From the NCBI RefSeq assembly GCF_032444005.1, contig NC_091282.1:1109614001-1109678000 (forward strand): DNA of 64,000 nt, read 5' to 3'. Shown here piece after piece: positions 23,816 to 35,969 of the stretch. The notes beneath the pieces were generated by a model. The model searched no databases, had not been told where the DNA came from, and saw nothing but the letters and a program-made list of their open reading frames with translations. The DNA is from Ranitomeya imitator. Taxonomy: Eukaryota. Position numbers and translations under genes: made by a program. Positions within the stretch are counted from its first letter, which is position 1. Each line of letters opens with the position of its first letter.

Positions 23816-26800
23816 TATATACGTCTAGGATTAAAACATAACCTTTATTAAATCTCTAAAAGGCATACAAAATACCAAAAAATTTTTACCATAAAAAAGT
23901 GCAAGGTGCATAAGACAGACATACACTAAACACACCAGTGGATTGCGTTTAAAATCAGTATTCAGACCAAGTCTTGTGCCTGTACCTGATCTCCAGAAAT
24001 ATTAATCCCACAATAGAAATTTTTTGCAGTGTAAACTCAAATTATCAAACTGCTAATAACGTTTTAACCACTTTAGTTCAAATATAATGCAAAATCCACT
24101 AAAGTGAAACAAAACACACATATTGGGCTTGAAAAACAGTCACCTTTTAAGCCCTAGCGGGTATAATCACTCCTTTAGTGGGGGTTTTTTTTAACACATA
24201 TCCGCATTTAGACCACTATCAAATTAATCTCTATGAACCATTCAGAAATAAATCTGTGCAATCAATTGTCATAGGCTCAGGGGTTAAAGAGTGTAAGACA
24301 GTGAATTCTTGCATATAATTAATACACAAAAAATATGCTCTTTGTATTGAGGGATGCATATATCACACATTGTTCCTCATACCTCCAGGAATACATTTCA
24401 ACCAGAGGACTACAACCGGCAAACATATATATGAAACGATCTCGCCCACCTGGAACCATCCTATAATCGATCTATGTTCCAATACTGGCGATGAGTCCTT
24501 TCCCCATCTTATGGTCCCAAAACGTTTTGTTATCTCTCATCAGGGGATACCATTGGGGCTATTAAGAAATCTGCCATACAGCCGACGCTGCTATTCATGT
24601 GCGTGGTCAGTGCTGTGTAAGCCGGCCTTGTCAATGCACCTTATGTTTACACTTTCGGCTTCAATGACGTGCAGCGGATATGCGCTCATTGGAACGCAAC
24701 AGCTGACTGGATGTTCGGCCTGCCGCATCCGCAGCTTTATGTGGAGCGCAAACATTCACAATGTGCACGCGCTACTCTCAAAGGCTGTTACATCATGCAT
24801 ATGGGATGCATTACTCACCGTGTGTTTCAGCTGACACATGCTCTGGTGCGCATCCCGATGCATGGAATGGAGATCTGTATTACACAACTATTTAGGGGAA
24901 TACACATTCAAATCTCCCTGTCTATACCACTTTATATGTACAGATTTCAATCTTAGGTAAGGCATCTTATAAATATATCATTGGCTAAAGAGGGACTTAG
25001 GGGTATGCAGATTCAGTATACTCTCTACTATGGAGACTCACATTGTGGTGAAATTCCAATGTTCATGATCCATTCTTTTAATGGGTTAGAGTCTAGTACA
25101 AAGGAGAACACATACGAGGCATCGTGAACAAGAGAGACACCTCAATAGCAAATCACATGAATAGGTACCATCAAGGTAATATAAGGAAAATCTCCTTTGT
25201 AGTCTTTGATAAAATAAACCCCCCAAGTAGAGGGGGCAATTGGGACCAGATGATACTTCAGAGAGAATGCAAGTGGATATTTTGGCTACGTACTGTTCAT
25301 CCTAAGGGTCTCAATGACCAACTTTCTTTTGCTTCCTTCCTTTAGTACAGGGATTTGTAGGGTCAGCAGGAAGGGACAGCCGCCATCGAGTGGGGGCGCC
25401 ATTGTGCAGGTCCTAGGGTGCCAACCTCCGCGTTAGGAAGCGTATAAGATAGTATAGGGCACCCTAGGTATACTGTAGGCTGACACCACTCACACCCTCT
25501 CTCTTTTCTTGCTGCATCTTTAATTTCTTGTGCCTACTATGCTCCTGGGATACAGTTGGTCGTCTCAGGTACATTTAGTAAATCATGCTCTGATGAAGTT
25601 CATTTTTAAGCATACTAGACTCTAACCCATTAAAAGAATGGATCATGAACATTGGAATTTCACCACAATATGAGTCTCCATAGTAGAGAGTATACTGAAT
25701 CTGCATACCCCTAAGTCCCTCTTTAGCCAATGATATATTTATAAGATGCCTTACCTAAGATTGAAATCTGTACATATAAAGTAGTATAGACAGGGAGATT
25801 TGAATGTGTATTCCCCTAGATACATGTGTAATACAGATCTCCATTCCATGCATCAGGATGCGCACCAGAGCATGTGTCAGCTGAAACACACGGTGAGTAA
25901 TGCATCCCATATGCATGAAGTAACAGCCTTTGAGAGTAGCACGTGCGCATTGTGAATGTTTGCGCTCCACAAAAGGCTGCGGACGCGGCAGGCCGAACAT
26001 CCGGTCAGCTGTTGAGTTCCAATGAGCGCATGTCCGGTATTCATATGTGGTCAGGTGATCGGCACCTGTGCGTCATTGAAGCCGTAAGTGTAAACATATA
26101 GGCGCTTTGACAAGGCCGGCTTACACAGCACTGACCACGCGCATGGATAGCAGCGTCGGCTGTACGGCAGATTTGTTAATAGCCCCAACGGTATCCCCTG
26201 ATGCGAGATAATGAAATGCGTCAGGACCATAAGATGGGGAAAGGACTCATCGCCAGTATTGGAACATAGATCGAGTATAGGACGGTTCCAGGTGGGTGAG
26301 ATCGTTTCATATATATGTTTGCCGGTTGTAGTCCTCTGGTTGAGATGTATTCCTGGAAGTATGAGGAACAATGTGTGATATATGCATCCCTCAATACAAA
26401 GAGCATATTTATTGTCTATTGATTATATCCAGGAATTTACTGTCTCACACTGTTTAACCCCTGAGCCTATGACAATTGATTGCACAGATTCATTTCTGAA
26501 TGGTTCATAGGGATTAATTTGGTAGTGGTCTAAATGTGGATATGTGTTAAAAAAATTCCTCAAAAGGAGTGATTATACCCACTAGGGCTTAAAAGGTGAC
26601 TGTTTTTCAAGCCCAATATGTGAGTTTTGTTTCACTTCTGTGTATTTTGCATTGTATTTGAAATTTCTATTGTGGGATCAATATTTCTGGAGATCAGGTA
26701 CAGGCACAAGACTCTGTCTTAATACTGATCTTAAACGCAATCCACTGGTATGTTTAGTGTATGTCTGTCCTATGCACGTTGCATTTTTTTATGGTAAAAT

Positions 26801-26868
26801 TTTTTGGGGTATTTTGTATGCCTTTTAGAGATTTAGTAAAGGTTATGTTTTAATCCTAGACGTATATA
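23816..26868 (+). mobile_element. Penelope-like element 3: GIY-YIG tail flanked by ~1.27-kb inverted pLTR arms
   Basis: Arms 23816-25098 and 25613-26868 are reverse complements, visibly diverged. The spacer encodes QRECKWIFWLRTVHPKGLN (25124-25345). Confidence 0.88.
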
Positions 26869-27851
26869 TAAAAAAAATAAAAAAAACGCAATAGCACTCA
26901 CCAATCAGTGGCAATTCAAACGTCCTTTATTAGAACATGCAGCAAATCATCTTCACGGTTCAAGGGAGGGAGTGAAAGTAGGAGTGCGACAGGCAAGACG
27001 ACGACGATCGTTTCGCGCTAATACCAAGCGCTTCCACGGGTCTGTGTCCAGGAGGAAGTGACGCCTAGATAAGCAGGTAAGAAACAACCAGCTCCTCCCA
27101 CGCCACTTCCCCCCGAGACAACCACAGTGCACAGTGTAAAATAACAAAAAACAAAACAGTTAAAAACAACAACGGCTAGAGCACCTTATTACACACAGCA
27201 ATATAGAATAAGAACGGTAGCCAATTATAATAGACCAATCTATCCAGAATACTAATTATGTCCTCTATTCCAAGACATACAAAGGAATCCACACCTGAAT
27301 TCACCTGGCTCAGAGGGGAAAAAAAAAAAGCAGAGATATGTATACGGCTTACAAATACTTACTGAATAAACCTGTACAAAACAGAATAATTACTTACAAC
27401 CACAAGAGTACAAGATGGGGATCAATCTAGGATGACGATCAATATAGAACAGCAAATATATGCAAAAACAACGTTAGCGTTCTATAAAAAGACAGACATG
27501 TCAACACGATCATTAAGACCTGCTGAGCCAGTGGCTCTTGTCCGTATGATCCATTTAGTTTCTTGCCTCAGTAAGATTTTGTGCAGATCACCACCCTGCG
27601 CCGGTAGATTAACTCTTTCAAGCCCGCAAACATTAACACTTCTGGGTCACCCTGGTGTTCTTCTCTTATATGCTCAATTAATCTCGGGACACCTTTCCCG
27701 GTTTCAATAGATTTAAAATGTTCACGGAAGCGTACATATAACATAGTAACATAGTAACATAGTTAGTAAGGCCGAAAAAAGACATTTGTCCATCCAGTTC
27801 AGCCTATATTCCATCATAATAAATACCCAGATCTACGTCCTTCTACAGAAC

Positions 27852-30633
27852 CTAATAATTGTATGATACAATATTGTTCTGCTCCAGGAAGACATCCAGG
27901 CCTCTCTTGAACCCCTTGACTGAGTTCGCCATCACCACCTCCTCAGGCAAGCAATTCCAGATTCTCACTGCCCTAACAGTAAAGAATCCTCTTCTATGTT
28001 GGTGGAAAAACCTTCTCTCCTCCAGACGCAAAGAATGCCCCCTTGTGCCCGTCACCTTCCTTGGTATAAACAGATCCTCAGCGAGATATTTGTATTGTCC
28101 CCTTATATACTTATACATGGTTATTAGATCGCCCCTCAGTCGTCTTTTTTTCTAGACTAAATAATCCTAATTTCGCTAATCTATCTGGGTATTGTAGTTC
28201 TCCCATCCCCTTTATTAATTTTGTTGCCCTCCTTTGTACTCTCTCTAGTTCCATTATATCCTTCCTGAGCACCGGTGCCCAAAACTGGACACAGTACTCC
28301 ATGTGCGGTCTAACTAGGGATTTGTACAGAGGCAGTATAATGCTCTCATCATGTGTATCCAGACCTCTTTTAATGCACCCCATGATCCTGTTTGCCTTGG
28401 CAGCTGCTGCCTGGCACTGGCTGCTCCAGGTAAGTTTATCATTAACTAGGATCCCCAAGTCCTTCTCCCTGTCAGATTTACCCAGTGGTTTCCCGTTCAG
28501 TGTGTAATGGTGATATTGATTCCCTCTTCCCATGTGTATAACCTTACATTTATCATTGTTAAACCTCATCTGCCACCTTTCAGCCCAAGTTTCCAACTTA
28601 TCCAGATCCATCTGTAGCAGAATACTATCTTCTCTTGTATTAACTGCTTTACATAGTTTTGTATCATCTGCAAATATCGATATTTTACTGTGTAAACCTT
28701 CTACCAGATCATTAATGAATATGTTGAAGAGAACAGGTCCCAATACTGACCCCTGCGGTACCCCACTGGTCACAGCGACCCAGTTAGAGACTATACCATT
28801 TATAACCACCCTCTGCTTTCTATCACTAAGCCAGTTACTAACCCATTTACACACATTTTCCCCCAGACCAAGCATTCTCATTTTGTGTACCAACCTCTTG
28901 TGCGGCACGGTATCAAACGCTTTGGAAAAATCGAGATATACCACGTCCAATGACTCACCGTGGTCCAGTCTATAGCTTACCTCTTCATAAAAACTGATTA
29001 GATTGGTTTGACAGGAGCGATTTCTCATAAACCCATGCTGATATGGAGTTAAACAGTTATTCTCATTGAGATAATCCAGAATAACATCCCTCAGAAACCC
29101 TTCAAATATTTTACCAACAATAGAGGTTAGACTTACTGGCCTATAATTTCCAGGTTCACTTTTAGAGCCCTTTTTGAATATTGGCACCACATTTGCTATG
29201 CGCCAATCCTGCGGAACAGACCCTGTCTCTATAGAGTCCCTAAAAATAAGAAATAATGGTTTATCTATTACATTACTTAGTTCTCTTAGTACTCGTGGGT
29301 GTATGCCATCCGGACCCGGAGATTTATCTATTTTAATCTTATTTAGCCGGTTTCGCACCTCTTCTTGGGTTAGATTGGTGACCCTTAATATAGGGTTTTC
29401 ATTGTTTCTTGGGATTTCACCTAGCATTTCATTTTCCACCGTGAATACCGTGGAGAAGAAGGTGTTTAATATGTTAGCTTTTTCCTCGTCATCTACAACC
29501 ATTCTTTCCTCACTATTTTTTAAGGGGCCTACATTTTCAGTTTTTATTCTTTTACTATTGATATAGTTGAAGAACAGTTTGGGATTAGTTTTACTCTCCT
29601 TAGCAATGTGCTTCTCTGTTTCCTTTTTGGCAGCTTTAATTAGTTTTTTAGATAAAGTATTTTTCTCCCTATAGTTTTTTAGAGCTTCAATGGTGCCATC
29701 CTGCTTTAATAGTGCAAATGCTTTCTTTTTACTGTTAATTGCCTGTCTTACTTCTTTGTTTAGCCACATTGGGTTTTTCCTATTTCTAGTCCTTTTATTC
29801 CCACAAGGTATAAACCGCTTACACTGCCTATTTAGGATGTTCTTAAACATTTCCCATTTATTATCTGTATTCTCATTTCTGAGGATATTGTCCCAGTCTA
29901 CCAGATTAAGGGCATCTCTAAGCTGTTCAAACTTTGCCTTCCTAAAGTTCAATGTTTTTGTGACTCCCTGACAAGTCCCCCTAGTGAAAGACAGGTGAAA
30001 CTGCACAATATTGTGGTCGCTATTTCCTAAATGCCCAACCACCTGCAGATTTGTTATTCTGTCAGGTCTATTAGATAGTATTAGGTCTAAAAGTGCTGCT
30101 CCTCTGGTTGGATTCTGCACCAATTGTGAAAGATAATTTTTCTTGGTTATTAGCAGAAACCTGTTGCCTTTATGGGTTTCACAGGTTTCTGTTTCCCAGT
30201 TAATATCCGGGTAGTTAAAGTCCCCCATAACCAGGACCTCATTATGGGTTGCAGCTTCATCTATCTGCTTTAGAAGTAGACTTTCCATGCTTTCTGTTAT
30301 ATTTGGGGGTTTGTAACAGACCCCAATGAGAATTTTGTTACCATTTTTCCCTCCATGAATTTCAACCCATATGGACTCGACATCCTCATTCCCTTCGCTA
30401 ATATCCTCCCTTAAAGTGGACTTTAGACAAGACTTTACATAGAGACAAACCCCTCCTCCTCTCCGATTTTTACGATCCTTTCTAAACAGACTGTAACCCT
30501 GTAAGTTAACTGCCCAGTCATAGCTTTCATCTAACCATGTCTCGGTTATTCCCACTATGTCAAAGTTACCTGTAGATATTTCTGCTTCTAGTTCTTCCAT
30601 CTTGTTTGTCAGGCTTCTGGCGTTTGCGAGCAT
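27852..30633 (-). CDS. CR1 ORF2 (APE endonuclease plus RT), one frameshift at a T-run near 28147
   Basis: GITETW, MGDFNYP, GNSDH, KSPGPDG, YLDFSKAFD, GVPQGSVLGP and FADDTKL motifs; the C-terminus lies in ORF 27852-28118. Confidence 0.95.
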
Positions 30634-30770
30634 GCAGTTTAGAGGATTTTGTTTTGTTCCAATCTCCTCACTGTGGATTGTTTTAGAAATGTTCTTACCT
30701 CCCTTCTGAGTATGTTTTCCTGGGTCGTCTTTGTTCGAGTCTAATGTTTTTCTTCCCGTCCCCTCTTCTT

Positions 30771-31709
30771 CTAGTTTAACGCCCTCCTGATGAGTGTAGC
30801 GAGTCTTCTGGCGAATGTGTGTTTCCCAGGTTTGTTGAGGTGTAGTCCGTCTCTGGCGAGGAGTCCATCATACCAGTAATTCACACCGTGGTCCAGGAAT
30901 CCAAATCCTTGTTGTCTGCACCATCGTCTTAGCCAGTTGTTTGCATCAAGGATCCTGTTCCATCTCCTGGTGCCATGCCCGTCTACTGGAAGGATAGAAG
31001 AAAAAACTACCTGTGCATCCAGTTCCTTTACTTTCTTCCCCAACTCTTCAAAGTCCTTGCAGATTGTCGGTAGGTCCTTCCTTGCCGTGTCATTGGTGCC
31101 AACATGTATCAGAAGAAATGGGTGGACGTCCTTGGAGCTGAAGAGCTTTGGTATCCTATCGGTCACATCCTTGATCATCGCACCTGGAAGGCAGCATACT
31201 TCTCTTGCAGTTATGTCCGGTCTGCAGATGGCTGCTTCGGTGCCTCTCAGTAGTGAGTCTCCCACCACCACCACTCTTCGTTGCTTCTTGGCTGTACTTT
31301 TTGCTGTCACTTGTTGCTGTGTGCCCTTTTCTTTTTTGCTTGCTGGTATTGCTTCATTCTTAGGTGTGCCATCTTCATCCTCTACAAAGATTTGATATCG
31401 GTTCTTCAGTTGTGTGGTTGGTGATTTCTCCATGGTCTTCTTGCTTCTTTTGGTCACATGCTTCCACTCATCTGCTTTTGGAGGTTCTCTGACACTTTTT
31501 GCACCTTCTGTGACCAGTAGAGATGCTTCTGTTCTGTCTAGAAAGTCTTCATTCAAAGTTGCTATTCTTTCTTCCAGACCCCGCACCTTTTCTTCTAAAA
31601 GGGCCACTAGTCTACACTTCTGACAGGTGAAATTTAATTCTTCTTCTGGTCGATCTGTGAACATGTAGCACATGCTGCAGCTCACCATGTAGGTTGTCAC
31701 ATCTGCCAT
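30771..31709 (-). CDS. CR1 ORF1: N-terminal zinc finger and leucine zipper, then SGNH/GDSL esterase domain
   Basis: CxxC...CxxC, LEEKVRGLEERI, VVVVGDSLLRG, HVGTND and DGLHL motifs; open 312-aa frame. Confidence 0.92.
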   Translation of the reverse strand: MADVTTYMVSCSMCYMFTDRPEEELNFTCQKCRLVALLEEKVRGLEERIATLNEDFLDRTEASLLVTEGAKSVREPPKADEWKHVTKRSKKTMEKSPTTQLKNRYQIFVEDEDGTPKNEAIPASKKEKGTQQQVTAKSTAKKQRRVVVVGDSLLRGTEAAICRPDITAREVCCLPGAMIKDVTDRIPKLFSSKDVHPFLLIHVGTNDTARKDLPTICKDFEELGKKVKELDAQVVFSSILPVDGHGTRRWNRILDANNWLRRWCRQQGFGFLDHGVNYWYDGLLARDGLHLNKPGKHTFARRLATLIRRALN

Positions 31710-31798
31710 GTTGCTCCTAGATCCTGCTGACTTGCTGTGTGTTTTCCTTCTTGTGTAATCTACTCAGCCAAGCTCTCTTGCAATAATGTCCTACAGGC

Positions 31799-32458
31799 AA
31801 AAATTAGCCTCCTGAAGCTTGAATCCCTGGTTTGGTGATGCTTTCGAAGCAGCTGGTCCCGGCTGTACCCAACGATCTTCTAGCTTAGGGAGACTTCGCT
31901 TCTCCCAGAAGGCACCTGGAATATGCAAATTAGCCTCCTGAAGCTTGAATCCCTGGTTTGGTGATGCTTTCGAAGCAGCTGGTCCCGGCTGTACCCAACG
32001 ATCTTCTAGCTTAGGGAGACTTCGCTTCTCCCAGAAGGCACCTGGAATATGCAAATTAGCCTCCTGAAGCTTGAATCCCTGGTTTGGTGATGCTTTCGAA
32101 GCAGCTGGTCCCGGCTGTACCCAACGATCTTCTAGCTTAGGGAGACTTCGCTTCTCCCAGAAGGCACCTGGAATATGCAAATTAGCCTCCTGAAGCTTGA
32201 ATCCCTGGTTTGGTGATGCTTTCGAAGCAGCTGGTCCCGGCTGTACCCAACGATCTTCTAGCTTAGGGAGACTTCGCTTCTCCCAGAAGGCACCTGGAAT
32301 ATGCAAATTAGCCTCCTGAAGCTTGAATCCCTGGTTTGGTGATGCTTTCGAAGCAGCTGGTCCCGGCTGTACCCAACGATCTTCTAGCTTAGGGAGACTT
32401 CGCTTCTCCCAGAAGGCACCTGGAATATGCAAATTAGCCTCCTGAAGCTTGAATCCCT
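31799..32458. repeat. 126-bp tandem monomers (about 5.2 identical copies) forming the CR1 5' end
   Basis: aaattagcctcc recurs at 31801, 31927, 32053, 32179, 32305 and 32431. Confidence 0.97.
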
Positions 32459-32764
32459 ACATAGCCAATGTAGAACCTCCTGCAGGGACAGAAGACCACA
32501 TAAACAACATGCTGCATTTTGCATGAGATGAAGTGCCGCACTTGATGCATAATGGGGCCAATATGTACCGTTGGACCCTGCATATGAAACTGGCAGAACC
32601 GACAGTGGCCACAGCGGTAGTTACCCAAAGGTGCGGCACGCTCCAGCCATGTAGATCTTTCTTTCGTGATCCGATTATGTACTAGCGAATCTCTAATACG
32701 TGCACTTCGTCTAGGCGTATATATAGGCAATTATTAAGGATTACACCACAGGCTGAATTTATCT

Positions 32765-33580
32765 GGTGCTCAGGTTGGCAGTGTTCATGCCCCTTCTCAG
32801 CTTGTATGGCAGATGTTGAAAATTACAGTTGTTTTGTCTGAAGGACTTTCAGAAAAATACTTCAATACAGGGGAGCAACGCACCTTTGGCATGTTACCAA
32901 GATGAGGGGGAAGGGGGGCTCTATTAAATAGTTGACTGAGTTCTCCCTCTGGTCAAACCACTAACTTTTCTTGCCTGTTTTCGTGCTACAGATCCATCCT
33001 TCTCTGCACTGCTGTTCTCGCTAGGCATGCCACTGTGCCAGGTTGGATCAATGGCCTTATCGATCATGTCATCTTCCAATTCATCAATCTGATCATCCTT
33101 CTGAGTTGTGATTTTAGGCTGACATGATGTCAGTTGTGTATCATGATTATCCTCCACCTCTTCAGACATGAATTGACCTTCCCCAGCGTGGCTTGGCGTG
33201 GCCCATGGATGCTCATCTGTTTGTGCATCAGTGCACTCCACCTTCTCATAACACTCTTTAATGGTGCATGCTGACAGGCCTAAATAATTACAAGGGAATG
33301 TAAACAGTTCATCAGAGTGGCTAGCTTTGGGGTCATATGTCTCCTTGGACTCTTGATGGGGGAGAAAGAAGGACCAGTTTGAGGACTGTGAGGCCTAGAG
33401 TCTTGGCTATTGAGACCGGACCACGTGGAACACTTGGTGGTGCTGCTTGTCAACACACTGGAGCCTTTGTCTGCCATCCAACCCACAAGATCCTGACACT
33501 TTTCTGGGTTTGACAGTTGTAATCACCTTCTAATCTTAAATACCGCCTTGGCAGGCAACACCACATCCACATACTCGTTC
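32765..33580 (-). pseudogene. hAT transposase A, N-terminal part including the first half of the BED finger
   Basis: MECTDAQ and DPTW match hAT B (MECTDAQ, DPDW); a degenerate BED finger ends in GMNTANLST. Confidence 0.8.
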
Positions 33581-33599
33581 CTTAACGTCACCCTTTCCC

Positions 33600-33729
33600 A
33601 TATTGAATGCTTTAAGGAAAAAAAATCCTGGCTTTATTTTCCACAAGTACCCTCACAGGGGTGTATTGTAAAAATTCCCTTTTTTTGTTTCTGGCTGTAA
33701 TGTGCACATGATGTCACTGGCAGGGATTA

Positions 33730-33773
<44 letters not shown>

Positions 33774-34930
33774 CATTACCCCCCTAGTTAGGTAAAAATA
33801 ATAAAATTAAAAAAAAGTATTAATTTCCATTTTTCAATTAGGGTTAGGGTTGGAGTTAGAATTGGGGGGTTCCACTGTTTAGGTACATCATGGGGTCTCC
33901 ACATGCAACGTAGCGCGACCATTGATTCCAGCCAATTTTGTGTTCGAAAAGTCAAGTGGTGTTCGGAGCACTGCCATGCAGCCAAACAGTGTCTTTCCCC
34001 CACATACAGGGTATTGGCGTACTCAGGAGAAATTGCATACATTTCATGGTCCATTTTCTCCTGATACCCTTGTGAAAACAAAAAAAAATTGGTTCCAAAG
34101 TAAATTTTATGCGAAAAAAGTAATGTGAAGGGTTAATCAACTTCTTGAATGGGGTGTTGCGCACCTTGAAAGGAGCAGTTTTTAGAATGGTGTCACTTTT
34201 GGGTATTTTCTGTTATATTGAACCCCAAACTCACTTCAAATGTGAGGTGGTACCTAAGAAAAAATGGTTTGGTAAATTTTGTTGGAAAAATTAGAAAACG
34301 CTTGTTAACTTTTAACCCTTATAACGTCCTAAGAAAAAAAAAATATGTTTCCAAAATTGTGCTGATGTAAAGCAGACATGTGGAAAATGTTATTTATTAA
34401 GTATTTTGTGTGACACAACTCTCTGATCTAAGTGTACAAAAATTAAAAGTTTGAAAATTGCTAAATTTTCTAAATTTTTGCCAAAATTTCCATTTTTTTC
34501 ATATATAAACACAAGCTATATGGAAGAAATTTTACCATTAACATGAAGAACAATATGTCACGAAAAAACATTCTCAGAATCAGTGGGATAAGTTGAAGCA
34601 TTCCAGAGCTATAACCTCATAAATTGATAGTGGTCAGAATTGTAAAAATTGGCTTGGTCATTAAGTACCAAATTGGCTCTGTCACTGAGGGGTTAAAGTA
34701 TGACACTTTCAAAATTTTCAAAATTTCCAATATTTTCACAAATAAACGCAAGTGAACTAGAACAAATTTTACTACTGTTATGACGTACAATATGTGTTAA
34801 AAAAATCAGTCTTAGCATCACTGGGATCTCTTGAAGCATTCCAGAGTTATTACCACATAAAGTGATGTTGGTCAGAATTAAAAAATATGACCTGGTCATT
34901 AAGGTCAAAATTGACTCGGTCACTAAGGGG
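33600..34930 (-). mobile_element. TTAA/piggyBac-like non-autonomous fragments in reverse orientation; (ATT)n at ~33730-33775
   Basis: Ends gtcactgagggg|TTAA at 34692; 34380-34690 is a diverged reverse complement of the 40144 left end. Confidence 0.6.
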
Positions 34931-35006
34931 TGTCTGTCTGTCAACATAGTTTGCTAATATTTAACACAACCTAAATCAAGATTCATTTAGAAGCAGGGCA
35001 CTATTG

Positions 35007-35680
35007 TAACATAGTTAGTAAGGCCGAAAAAAGACATTTGTCCATCCAGTTCAGCATATATTCCATCATAATAAATCCCCAGATCTACGTCCTTCTACAG
35101 AACCTAATAATTGTATGATACAATATTGTTCTGCTCCAGGAAGACATCCAGGGGTCTCTTGAACCCCTCGACTGAGTTCGCCATCACCACCTCCTCAGGC
35201 AAGCAATTCCAGATTCTCACTGCCCTAACAGTAAAGAATCCTCTTCTATGTTGGTGGAAAAACCTTCTCTCCTCCAGACGCAAAGAATGCCCCCTTGTGC
35301 CCGTCACCTTCCTTGGTATAAACAGATCCTCAGCGAGATATTTGTATTGTCCCCTTATATACTTATACATGGTTATTAGATCGCCCCTCAGTCGTCTTTT
35401 TTCTAGACTAAATAATCCTAATTTCGCTAATCTATCTGGGTATTGTAGTTCTCCCATCCCCTTTATTAATTTTGTTGCCCTCCTTTGTACTCTCTCTAGT
35501 TCCATTATATCCTTCATGAGCACCGGTGCCCAAAACTGGACACAGTACTCCATGTGCGGTCTAACTAGGGATTTGTACAGAGGCAGTATAATGCTCTCAT
35601 CATGTGTATCCAGACCTCTTTTAATGCACCCCATGATCCTGTTTGCCTTGGCAGCTGCTGCCTGGCACTGGCTGCTCCAG
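35007..35680 (-). mobile_element. 5'-truncated CR1 (3' ~675 bp)
   Basis: Near-identical to 27750-28430; its ORF2 C-terminus is in frame (35634-35104). Confidence 0.93.
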
Positions 35681-35969
35681 TAGATTTGAATTCAAGATTT
35701 TTATGGGACTCTTTAATAACTTACTACGGTATGATGAGTTAATATGATATTTCAAATAATTTAATTTTCTAAAATCAAGAAATCTTTTCATTATTTTAAA
35801 GGTTACTTATTAATACTATGTAAAACATTTCAGATTTAAAGTATAAAGCTTCAATGTGTGATAAATCAGTGTGCAGGAAACCTTTCAACCCATGAAATAA
35901 AGCTGTAACTGTCATCTGCCTCACTTCTTATGCTTTATACTGGTCTCCATATTGAAAATAGATAAATAC

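Larger units (their letters stand above)
27739..32457 (-). mobile_element. Near full-length CR1 LINE (~4.7 kb)
   Basis: 3' (CTATGTTA)n tail, ORF2, ORF1 and a tandem 5' region; TACATA duplicated at 27733-38 and 32458-63. Confidence 0.95.
26880..32764 (-). mobile_element. Penelope-like element 4 remnant split by a CR1 insertion
   Basis: RCGHCRFC...YVVFCPCRRFYIG (32730-32464) continues as YVRFREH...LRQETKWI...GLNDR (27738-27480); 3' region ends aataaa...ttggtgagtgc. Confidence 0.85.

Noticed and set aside
28301-31623. Plus-strand ORFs overlapping CR1 ORF1 and ORF2
   Set aside because: They are antisense shadow frames with no recognisable motifs.
31791-32432. 213-aa repetitive ORF as a real gene
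   Set aside because: It follows from the 126-bp unit being a multiple of 3 and has no in-frame ATG start. It is kept only as a possible uORF.
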